Below, piece after piece: positions 31,921 to 39,824 of a stretch of 64,000 nucleotides of DNA. How positions within the stretch are numbered: position 1 is the first letter of the stretch; each line of letters opens with the position of its first letter. Origin of the DNA: Methanotrichaceae archaeon (GTDB lineage: Archaea; Halobacteriota; Methanosarcinia; Methanotrichales; Methanotrichaceae); contig CAWDLW010000012.1 in NCBI GenBank assembly GCA_963803145.1, positions 64,001 to 128,000 on the forward strand, read 5' to 3'. The position numbers were made by a program, and so were the translations under genes. The notes under the pieces are model-generated. The model was not told the origin of the DNA. It saw only the letters and a list, made by a program, of their open reading frames with translations, and made no database searches.

Positions 31921-32165
31921 AAAAATTGATTTTGACACCTTAGCCACAGGTAGTGCCAGCCACTTATGGCCAGGATGCGATAAGCGTTGGAACTAGAGCA
32001 GTTTTGGCCATGGCTATATCGATCGCCTGTCACATCGTGCTGGTGCCTGAGTATCGAGAGACGATCTACGAGTCTGATGGAGCCATCCGGACACAAGCGC
32101 CGCAGCCGCTCTTTCAAGCAGGCTCGTTGAGAGCCGAAAGGCCATCACGAGGGATGACCACTCGC
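31921..32165 (+). repeat. Module B copy 3
   Basis: Contains tnpA-derived CACATCGTGCTGGTGCCTGAGTATCG and GCC-GAAA-GGC hairpin. Confidence 0.8.
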
Positions 32166-32250
32166 TTAATCATTGAGCCATCTTTGAACAACCGGAGAAT
32201 AGGGATGAGCCAACCAAGTTATTTATAGCGAAAAACTATAAGTCCTAGCC

Positions 32251-32415
32251 ATGTCAAATGTAACAACCGTGATAAAAGCTGCCCAACAGGACACAGAATC
32301 TACTTACGATTCCGATGCCGATCTAACAGAAGAGGATATAGTTAAAGGTCTATCAAAACTGGCAGCAGATGCTTTCGCCGACCTGGCAGCGCAAGAGTCC
32401 GATATATACAAGTAG
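32251..32415 (+). CDS. Small acidic antitoxin (54 aa); not in ORF track
   Basis: MSNVTT...LAADAFADLAAQESDIYK, ends 2 bp before the PemK/MazF gene. Confidence 0.6.
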   Translation: MSNVTTVIKAAQQDTESTYDSDADLTEEDIVKGLSKLAADAFADLAAQESDIYK

Positions 32416-32417
32416 GC

Positions 32418-32768
32418 ATGTTTGAATTTCTGAAAAAGGGCGATGTTGTTACGATGCCCGTCAGTTTTTCCGACCTTGTTGGATCTAAGATACGGCCTAT
32501 GCTGGTATTATACCATGATCAGGATTATCAAGAGCTAACCGTCGTTTATATATCGTCAATTATCCCACGTAACCTAGGACCCTATGATATACTGATTCCC
32601 CTGGGTTCCCCTTCGAGTATCAAGGCCGGATTAAGAGAGGATTCAGTGCTTATGGCCCGCTGGATAACGGTTGTTAAAAGAATCCACGTTGTGCGAATAA
32701 TCGGAGAGGCAGACAGCGATCTAAGGACTCGGGTAAATAAAGCTGTGCCCACTTGCCTTGCTATCTAA
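32418..32768 (+). CDS. PemK/MazF-family toxin
   Basis: KKGDVV...FSDLVGSKIRPMLVL...YISS...GLREDS. Confidence 0.85.
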   Translation: MFEFLKKGDVVTMPVSFSDLVGSKIRPMLVLYHDQDYQELTVVYISSIIPRNLGPYDILIPLGSPSSIKAGLREDSVLMARWITVVKRIHVVRIIGEADSDLRTRVNKAVPTCLAI

Positions 32769-32850
32769 ATCCGCTGTCGTGACTTGCAAAACTTCATGCC
32801 AAGCAAAAAGCGTTGTCGAGACGATCCACAAGGATAGAAATGCCGGACGA

Positions 32851-33010
32851 TCGAGATCCCCTAACCAGCCTGAGCATCGAGAGATGATCCGCGAGTCTGA
32901 TGGAGCCATCCGGATACAAACGCCGCTGCGGCTCTTCCCTAAGCTCGACCCGGCACTCGAAGATGGCTCGAAAGGCCGCCAATCTTAGATTATTCCCTTA
33001 GCCTTCAAAG
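32851..33010 (+). repeat. Module B 3' half plus 26-bp tail of an acylphosphatase-coil gene (LKAKGII-stop on minus strand)
   Basis: Matches 34668-34830 and 35735-35878. Confidence 0.75.
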
Positions 33011-33092
33011 AATGCACATCATCTGATACACCTCTACGTAGAACCATGCCTGCAACAAAGTTAAATCCCTTCAAGGTGCATAGGATCTTGAT

Positions 33093-33350
33093 ATGTTTGC
33101 AGAATATATTCAGGCAGCTCTAGAGCGGGCTGAATACGAAATAATCGATGACCCTGAGCCATATTATGCTCATGTTCCTGGGCTTCCCGGCGTGTGGGCA
33201 ACAGGTAAGACCTTTGAGGATTGTCGCAAGGAGCTTATCTCCGTTATCGAAGGCTGGATAGTTCTAGGACTGAGAATGGGTCATCCTATACCATCGATAG
33301 ATGGCCATACCATAGACGTGTCCACGGAGCCAGTTGCCGTTGTCGAATAA
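33093..33350 (+). CDS. hicB: HicB-family antitoxin
   Basis: YYAHVPGLPGVWATGKTFEDC...GHPIP. Confidence 0.88.
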   Translation: MFAEYIQAALERAEYEIIDDPEPYYAHVPGLPGVWATGKTFEDCRKELISVIEGWIVLGLRMGHPIPSIDGHTIDVSTEPVAVVE

Positions 33351-33567
33351 GCTTGTTCCAGTCTCGCGGAAAGAACTGATCCGGAGATTGAGTAAACTTG
33401 GTTTCAATGGACCGTTTATCGGCTCTGGTCATGAATATATGATCCGGGGATTTACACGCGTGAAATTGCCAAACCCTCATCATAGTCAAGATATAAGCGT
33501 TGATCTTCTGGCCAGAATTTTAAGGGATACAGGAATTTCCCGTGATGAGTGTTTTTCAACGGCTTAA
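33334..33567 (+). CDS. hicA: HicA-family mRNA interferase toxin
   Basis: ELIRRLSKLGF...GSGHEYM...PNPHH...LLARILRDTG; overlaps hicB end. Confidence 0.88.
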   Translation: MPLSNKLVPVSRKELIRRLSKLGFNGPFIGSGHEYMIRGFTRVKLPNPHHSQDISVDLLARILRDTGISRDECFSTA

Positions 33568-33825
33568 GGAATTCATGGATAATAAAAGCGCTGGAATTTC
33601 TCCGTCGTATGGAACCATCCAGATACAAGCGCCACAGCCGTTTGACTAAATATTGGGTGTCAGTCTATGCCTCGCTTGTCACAATATTCGTCGAGAGAGA
33701 ATGTACTGATCCTTCTCACGCTGCAGCTTCAGGTACTTCTCTCTGACATAAGCCGCCTCGTCTTCCACGATGGGCTCCTCACTACATATTGCCATCAGTA
33801 TCGCCTATATGCCATATCTGGGCCG

Positions 33826-34227
33826 CTATTGCTTTTGCTCTTTGTTGCAAAAGGCACCCGTTAGCTCGAAATTGTGCAAGGTCGCATCCATTAAAAGATA
33901 TGGGACATGACCATCGAAGGACTCATACTCGATCTTTGTGATCTGAACCCTATCCCTTTTCTTCATCTCAAATCCCCAATATTTGAGCTGCTCCTCGTCG
34001 GTGTTGTAGTCCTTGCCCTCCAAAGCGTCTGTGAAATACTTTATTTGATCTCTATCATCCTCGACCCGGAGGGTTAGTATTTGCTGTCCATCTACCGTAT
34101 CTTTTTGGCTGATCGGCTCAATAAAGAACTTATCGAGCATTGCATCAAAGGCCAGCCTTACCAAGAATCCTTTAAACAAGAGGTCATGAACATTACTGCC
34201 CACGATCTTAATCTTCTGTTTCATCAT
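33826..34227 (-). CDS. Divergent acylphosphatase-like protein without coiled-coil tail
   Basis: KIKIVGSNVHD, DGQQILTLRVE and FDGHV align with the 30351 and 36796 paralogs; VGYR replaced by LLFK. Confidence 0.55.
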   Translation of the reverse strand: MMKQKIKIVGSNVHDLLFKGFLVRLAFDAMLDKFFIEPISQKDTVDGQQILTLRVEDDRDQIKYFTDALEGKDYNTDEEQLKYWGFEMKKRDRVQITKIEYESFDGHVPYLLMDATLHNFELTGAFCNKEQKQ

Positions 34228-34378
34228 TTATCCCGGCGATATGCATCTCTATAGACTCTTCCATTAGAGCTATAGTCTCCTCTTCAGTTTCGGCAGCCGC
34301 AACCACGCCAGGAAGATCAGGGCAGTATGAAGAGTAGTTGCCTTTGCCCTTTTCGAGTAATATCGTGTATTTAGTCAT
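34208..34378 (-). CDS. Short HicB-like protein (56 aa); not in ORF track
   Basis: MTKYTILLEKGKGNYSSYCPDLPGVVAAAETEEE; overlaps the start of 33826-34227. Confidence 0.65.
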   Translation of the reverse strand: MTKYTILLEKGKGNYSSYCPDLPGVVAAAETEEETIALMEESIEMHIAGINDETED

Positions 34379-34667
34379 TTACGACATTCCCCTATGCCTG
34401 CTGTTCGTCATCGTTTGCCGACCAAAAGTCCGGCGAATCCCCTCGTCGAAATCGTTGGGCTATCTTCTCCAGGTTCAGATACATTCTTCGCTTGCTTTTT
34501 GTCCAATTTTAGAAAATCATTTAGCTCCTCATCGCCAGAATTGAAAAGCTCAAGATAAAACTGGCGTTAAGCAGCTCGACGCTAAGATCCTTGTCAGGGA
34601 TATGTTTCATCAGAACTTATTACGATTGACTCTGTAAATGCGTTTCGCTCGCCTGAAGAACTCTATC

Positions 34668-34900
34668 CGGCCTGGATATCGAGAGATGATCCGCGGGTCG
34701 GATGGAAGTCACCAGATACAAGCGCCGCAGCCGCTCATTCCTAAGCTCGACCCGGCACTCGAACCCTGTGCTCGAAGAGGGCCCGAAAGGCGGCCAATCT
34801 TATATTATTCCCTTGGCCTTCAAAGCGGCTTTGACCTCCGCCATATCACTCTTCAATTCAATAATATCTTTATCCAGGACCCTATCCGTCTTCTGGTTGA
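34668..34900 (+). repeat. Module B 3' half plus about 100 bp copy of the 3' end of gene 35852-36478
   Basis: 34800-34900 is nearly identical to 35852-35952. Confidence 0.8.
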
Positions 34901-34951
34901 GTGGAAATTATCGATTATCGAAGGGATCGAACTAATAGACTTGACTGGTTG

Positions 34952-35176
34952 CTATGCTACTGAAAACCATTCCTCTCGACTGATCCCAGCTTCATCTAAA
35001 ATAGTATCCAGCAGAGAGGGATCTATCTCCTCACCATGATGAGGGTTTGGTATGCGTGCGGTTACCATACCCCGTTTCATGTAGGCGTGTTTCCCGCCAG
35101 GATATGGGCCATCAAATCCCAGCGTTCTTAATCGCCTAATTAGCTCACGTGGTGATACTGGAGTTAATCTAGCCAC
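34952..35176 (-). CDS. hicA: HicA-family toxin
   Basis: ELIRRLRTLGF...GGKHAYM...PNPHHGEEI. Confidence 0.88.
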   Translation of the reverse strand: MARLTPVSPRELIRRLRTLGFDGPYPGGKHAYMKRGMVTARIPNPHHGEEIDPSLLDTILDEAGISREEWFSVA

Positions 35177-35420
35177 TTGTGATAGGCTCCGCTGATGCTT
35201 CTATGGTTTGGTTGTCTATTGATGGAATTGGCAACCCTAATCTCAGGCGTAAGGCAATCCAACCTTCAATAACCTCGACAAGCTCAGTACGTGCTCCTTC
35301 GATGGTCTTGCCTGTAGCCCAAACACCTTGCAGACCCGGAACGGTAGCAACATACTCGCCATTATCCAAGATCTTGTACCTGGCTTTGGATAATGCCGCC
35401 GTAATGTACTCTGCAAACAT
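35169..35420 (-). CDS. hicB: HicB-family antitoxin
   Basis: YVATVPGLQGVWATGKTIEGA...GLPIP. Confidence 0.88.
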   Translation of the reverse strand: MFAEYITAALSKARYKILDNGEYVATVPGLQGVWATGKTIEGARTELVEVIEGWIALRLRLGLPIPSIDNQTIEASAEPITSG

Positions 35421-35496
35421 ATCAAGATCCTATGTACCCTAAAGAGATTTAACTTTGTTGCAGAAATATAGTGTTTTACTCAAAAGTCTAAATTTT

Positions 35497-35851
35497 TATT
35501 ACATCGGGAGCGCGGAGGGTCACGAATACTCCGGCCTTCAGGTCTGGGATGAAGTGAACCCTCGCATGTTTTTCTCGTTTAAATCGATAAAACCTTACAT
35601 CTTTTAAATTGGTTTGTTATTGGCACCTAAACCACAGGCGGTACCAGCCACCTATGGCCAGGATGTGATATACGTTGGAACTAGCGCAGTTCTGGCCATG
35701 GCCATATTGATCACCTGCAACATCGTGCTGGTGTCTGTGTATCGAGGGATGATCCACAAGTCGGATGAAATCATCCCGGATACAAGTGCCGCAGCCGCTC
35801 TTCCTGTCGCTCGAACCCTGCGCTCGAAGAGGGCCCGAAAGGCCGCCAATC
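35497..35851 (+). repeat. Full repeat unit (module A + B) copy 3
   Basis: TATTAC + hairpin + tnpA remnant + GGCCCGAAAGGCC; abuts the stop codon of 35852-36478. Confidence 0.8.
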
Positions 35852-36478
35852 TTATATTATTCCCTTCGCCTTCAAAGCGGCTTTGACCTCAGCCATATCA
35901 CTCTTCAATTCAATGATATCTTTATCCAGGACCCTATCCGCCTTCTGGTTGATGTCTTTTACTTCTACTAAGAGATCATCTTGTTTTTCAAGCATTCGAT
36001 CCTGCCTCTCGAGCATCTTATCCTGCTTCTCAAGCATGGACGAGGTATCTCCTTTAACTTCTTTCAATATGCTGATGGTCGTATCCTGCTTCTCAAGCAT
36101 CTGATTAAATCCATTTTCGGTGATGGCAGTTAAATTATTTAGGCCGACAACCAGTTCCTTCAATATCTCTATTCCATCATCAAGACGCTCTCCAACCTCA
36201 TCAGGACCTGTGATCTTCTTGAAGCTTGAGTACTGTCCGGGCCCCTGAGAGTACTGCGCATCGACGTTTTCAACATTTATTATGGCGTTCCTGATCTGAA
36301 GAGCTGATGCGAATTTCTCCAGATCATTCCTCTCACCCTCTGCTATCACCAGCACCCGGCCATCAGGGCGGTTCTGAACCAACCCCACCAAATTCATCGC
36401 ATGGGCCAGAGATACTACTTTAGCTCTATACCCTACCCTCTGAACCCTGCCTGAGAAATACGCAGTCAGCCTGATCAT
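35852..36478 (-). CDS. Acylphosphatase domain plus heptad-repeat coiled coil
   Basis: Intact GRVQRVGYR and GLVQNRPDGRV motifs; MLEKQDK MLERQDR MLEKQDD heptads. Confidence 0.85.
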   Translation of the reverse strand: MIRLTAYFSGRVQRVGYRAKVVSLAHAMNLVGLVQNRPDGRVLVIAEGERNDLEKFASALQIRNAIINVENVDAQYSQGPGQYSSFKKITGPDEVGERLDDGIEILKELVVGLNNLTAITENGFNQMLEKQDTTISILKEVKGDTSSMLEKQDKMLERQDRMLEKQDDLLVEVKDINQKADRVLDKDIIELKSDMAEVKAALKAKGII

Positions 36479-36636
36479 TATCGAAAGTAACTGGTGTGAT
36501 CTGTGTATAAATCATCTTCGTTTCGTCTCCTTTGCGGCTAAACTACCGCGTTCCGAATACTTCTTTGCAGTCCACAGTCTCTGGCAGTCTACCCGTATTG
36601 AGTTGTTGGGTATAGAAACCATAACTGGACAAAACA

Positions 36637-36741
36637 CTGCGCAGTTTTAGCCATGGCTATAGTCAGATAACCTACCGCATTGTGCTGGTGCCTAAGTATC
36701 GATACAAGATATTTTATGCCAGGCGAGTTAAAAGGGATTGC
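36637..36741 (+). pseudogene. tnpA: 5' fragment of IS200/IS605 TnpA (Y1 HUH transposase)
   Basis: Translates LRSFSHGYSQITYRIVLVPKYRYKIFYARRVKRDC, matching the TnpA N-terminal YHIVxxPKYR motif. Confidence 0.75.
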
Positions 36742-36795
36742 GTCATGTCTACAGGAGTAGCGTTCAAATACAAAAACACGCCAATCCCACTATAA

Positions 36796-37311
36796 ATGAA
36801 ACTTAGGATCACTATAACCGGCCCAAAGGTTCATGATGTCGGTTATAGATATCTTCTATTAGGCGGCGCTATGGGTTTGCGCCTGCCAGGATTTGGTGCC
36901 GATAACTTCACGGACGGCAAAACCCAAATTGTCGATGTTGTAGTTGACGGCAAAGAATCCCAAATTGCCACCTTCAAGGCATTTATTGAAAAAAATAAAC
37001 CAGCCGAGGCCATTGTTTCAGATATAACAACATCCGACTATGACGGCGATGTTATGCGAATAGCCGAATATTCGCAAGCAATCACTGCCATACAACTGCT
37101 CAAGGCAATCCCTACCATGCTGGAAATTCAAAAAAACACGAAGTTTATTGAAAATGTAGCCCAAACTACCGAGAGGACAGCTAGAACCTCCGAGCAGATC
37201 CTAGAAGAGGTCAGGGGAATCAGGGAGGAGATTCAACCTGGGCTCGGAGAACAGCTCAGACAGATGCAGGCGGATATCAGGCCTTTAAAAGAGCGCGCAG
37301 GAATGCTTTAG
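36796..37311 (+). CDS. Acylphosphatase-like domain plus coiled coil
   Basis: GPKVHDVGYR; EQILEEVRGIRE shared exactly with 30351-30863. Confidence 0.75.
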   Translation: MKLRITITGPKVHDVGYRYLLLGGAMGLRLPGFGADNFTDGKTQIVDVVVDGKESQIATFKAFIEKNKPAEAIVSDITTSDYDGDVMRIAEYSQAITAIQLLKAIPTMLEIQKNTKFIENVAQTTERTARTSEQILEEVRGIREEIQPGLGEQLRQMQADIRPLKERAGML

Positions 37312-37469
37312 GATTGAAGATCTTTGACTTTTGGCCTCAGAAACGGCCCAGAATTACTCGATCGATAAGCCAACAGGCGGCTTGCGAGGGAACTCTAGAG
37401 GCGACAGTTGTACGCGCTGATGGAGCGATCCTCGACAACAAGAAGATAAATTTCACAGTAGAGTAATGG

Positions 37470-37858
37470 CTTGTACTCTTTTATTTTTATTCTACTACCC
37501 TTGATCTCAGCTATGGTTTGATCCTGTTTGATGATCATTGTATCCATTTTGCCTAAAGCTTGATCCTGTTTGTCGATCATAGTATCCATCTTGCCCAGAG
37601 CTTGATCTGTAACAAATGCAGGTATCGATCTATATTCATTACATGGCCAGTATGCTCCTCTGCGCTTACCTTTGCGACCTTGGCCGCTGGCGGGCAAACA
37701 TTTTCTACCAAGTCCTGGAATTCTTTGAGCTGATCCTCATGTCCATCCACTCGGACTTCAACTATCTGCTGTCCTTCTTTAATTTTATTTTCAGCATAGA
37801 ATCCACCCAGATTGAGGTCTAGCGCCGTTTCTAATAAAAACGGCCTATAGCCTACATT
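37470..37858 (-). pseudogene. Truncated, frameshifted fifth acylphosphatase-coil paralog
   Basis: Minus frame NVGYRPFLLETALDLNLGGFYAEN...GQQIVEVRVDG...GHVM, then in another frame DQALGKMDTMIDKQ twice. Confidence 0.65.
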
Positions 37859-38060
37859 GGTGAATGTGAATCAATTATGATGGCAACTAATCTGATGAGA
37901 TCAGATGGATAGCGGAGAGAACCTTGAAGCTCCTCACTTTGGGAGACATCAAGTTTTAAAGAAGAGGCATGCCTATTTATCCCTGCATCTATGAATTCAA
38001 ATTGGCGGCCCTGGCGATAAAATGAGGCATCATCTCAAGGCCAAGCCAATCTTTATCGAT

Positions 38061-38330
38061 CTACTCCAGAGAGTACTTTTCTATACTATCATAAACATCT
38101 TTAATATTCTTGATCATATCTTTGCCCTTTGCCGTGGCACGGTATATCTCTCTAGGCCCAGGAGCAAGTACTTCCATAAGATCTTCCTTTATCAGCATAT
38201 CAAGGTACATGTCTGCGACCTTGAAGTTTATATTGGAACCGTAGACTATTTTGGTCTTGTTGGCTCCATCGCCGTCGCAGATCTCCAGTATGCCTACCAA
38301 TATTTTGAGCTTATCCCGCCTCATAGTCAC
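38061..38330 (-). CDS. Winged-helix transcriptional regulator (archaeal HTH_45-like)
   Basis: RRDKLKILVGIL...ANKTKIVYGSNINF...YRATAKG. Confidence 0.8.
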   Translation of the reverse strand: MTMRRDKLKILVGILEICDGDGANKTKIVYGSNINFKVADMYLDMLIKEDLMEVLAPGPREIYRATAKGKDMIKNIKDVYDSIEKYSLE

Positions 38331-38375
38331 CGACTTCTTGGAGAGAGTATCGATATGCTAACCTGTTATTGTGTC

Positions 38376-39815
38376 CTAAACCTCTTTCTTTTTATCGAAA
38401 TCCTCGACCTTTAACTGGTAAAGCGCTATCAAAGATATATATAAAGAATATGGAAGACTGCACTGTTGAAGCTCTTCGACCAGTTTGCCCATCTTATCGA
38501 TGGAATCTTTTGCTTCCGCTAAGCATTTAGCTACTTCATCATCTTTATAGGCAATATTCTTTGAAAGAAGGTCATAAAGCCTCAACATCAAATCATAGCA
38601 CAGCCTGGAATTCCTGGATAAATCCTCTGCGAGATCATCAGTTTTAGTATCAGTCCTTTGGAGCTTGGCTATATATTTCTTAAGCTCCTCCTGGGCTCTT
38701 TTCAGATTAGTGATATCGACGAATGAGTATGCTATGTAGACTGGTCTTCCCAGCCGATCGCAGATATTATTAGCCGATAGCCTCGCGAAGAAATTTGTGC
38801 CGTCCTTTTTTATCGCGGCCGTCTCTCCGATCCATTTTCCTTTGTCACTTAAAGATGTCTCGATTTCAGGGAGCTTTACATCCATTTGATACATCTCTGA
38901 TGCTGGTCTGCCGATGACCTCCTCTGCTTTATAGCCCCAAAGCTCATAAAAAGGAGCATTAGCATACTTGATCGTTCCATTTAGATCGGTTATGCATAGA
39001 GCATTGATAGAACAGGCCATTGCCGTCTCTCTGATCTTCGACTCAATCTCAGCCTCTCTTTGTGATGTCAAATCTTTGAGGATCAGCACCACACCCATCA
39101 CGATTCCTTGAACATCGACTATCGGAGATGCGATATAGTCTACGGGCACATCCATTCCCTCTGCTATGCTGAGGAGGTTACTTCCTGTTGAGGCTACAAC
39201 AGAATTCTTGGCTAATGCCGTACTGACAAGGTTGTTCACTGGAGTCCAGGTTTCTTCATCGATGATCCTTATTACATCATCCAGTCTCTTTCCTACGGCA
39301 TCTTCATGCTTCAAGCCTGTAAGCCTCTCTGCAGAGGGGTTTACGAAGGTAATACGTCCGTCATTATCTGTAGCTATCACTGCATCGCCCATGCTTCTGA
39401 GCACAGTCTCCAACCAGTGATGGCGCTCCCTCAGTTTATCCATCGCTTGCCTGTATAGGGCCATTTCAATGGCTATCTGCAGCTCTTTATCATTATAGGG
39501 CTTGACAAGATATCCAAAGGGCTCTGTTATCTTTGCCCTCTTCACTGTTTCATCGTCAGCGTAAGCAGTCAGATAAATGATTGGAACCTTTAAGTTGCTG
39601 CGAATTTTGTTAGCGGTTTCTATGCCATCCATATCTCCCTTCAGCACTATATCCATTAAAATAAGATCAGGCCTATGTTTGGTTGCGAACTCAACAGCCT
39701 CCGCGCCCGTTGAGGCTGTTGCAGGCACACTATAACCCAATTTCTCAAGCTTATCCTTGAGTTCCATTGCCAATATGCCTTCATCCTCTACTATCAAGAT
39801 GTTTGCATCTGTCAT
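38376..39815 (-). CDS. Response regulator with REC and two PAS domains
   Basis: ILIVEDE, LILMDI, YLTAY, YLVKP; two PAS repeats. Confidence 0.88.
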   Translation of the reverse strand: MTDANILIVEDEGILAMELKDKLEKLGYSVPATASTGAEAVEFATKHRPDLILMDIVLKGDMDGIETANKIRSNLKVPIIYLTAYADDETVKRAKITEPFGYLVKPYNDKELQIAIEMALYRQAMDKLRERHHWLETVLRSMGDAVIATDNDGRITFVNPSAERLTGLKHEDAVGKRLDDVIRIIDEETWTPVNNLVSTALAKNSVVASTGSNLLSIAEGMDVPVDYIASPIVDVQGIVMGVVLILKDLTSQREAEIESKIRETAMACSINALCITDLNGTIKYANAPFYELWGYKAEEVIGRPASEMYQMDVKLPEIETSLSDKGKWIGETAAIKKDGTNFFARLSANNICDRLGRPVYIAYSFVDITNLKRAQEELKKYIAKLQRTDTKTDDLAEDLSRNSRLCYDLMLRLYDLLSKNIAYKDDEVAKCLAEAKDSIDKMGKLVEELQQCSLPYSLYISLIALYQLKVEDFDKKKEV

Positions 39816-39824
39816 TTCTCTCCC

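Noticed and set aside
31014-35886. Similar-looking ORFs MLLAPK...TYGQDVI at 31014, 31953, 32758, 34638 and 35614
   Set aside because: Off-frame readings of the repeat unit; frames shift between copies, and the meaningful frame is the tnpA remnant
29794-37858. Classical integron or second CRISPR array
   Set aside because: No tyrosine integrase, no RYYYAAC/GTTRRRY attC ends recognised, and the repeats are long and irregularly spaced
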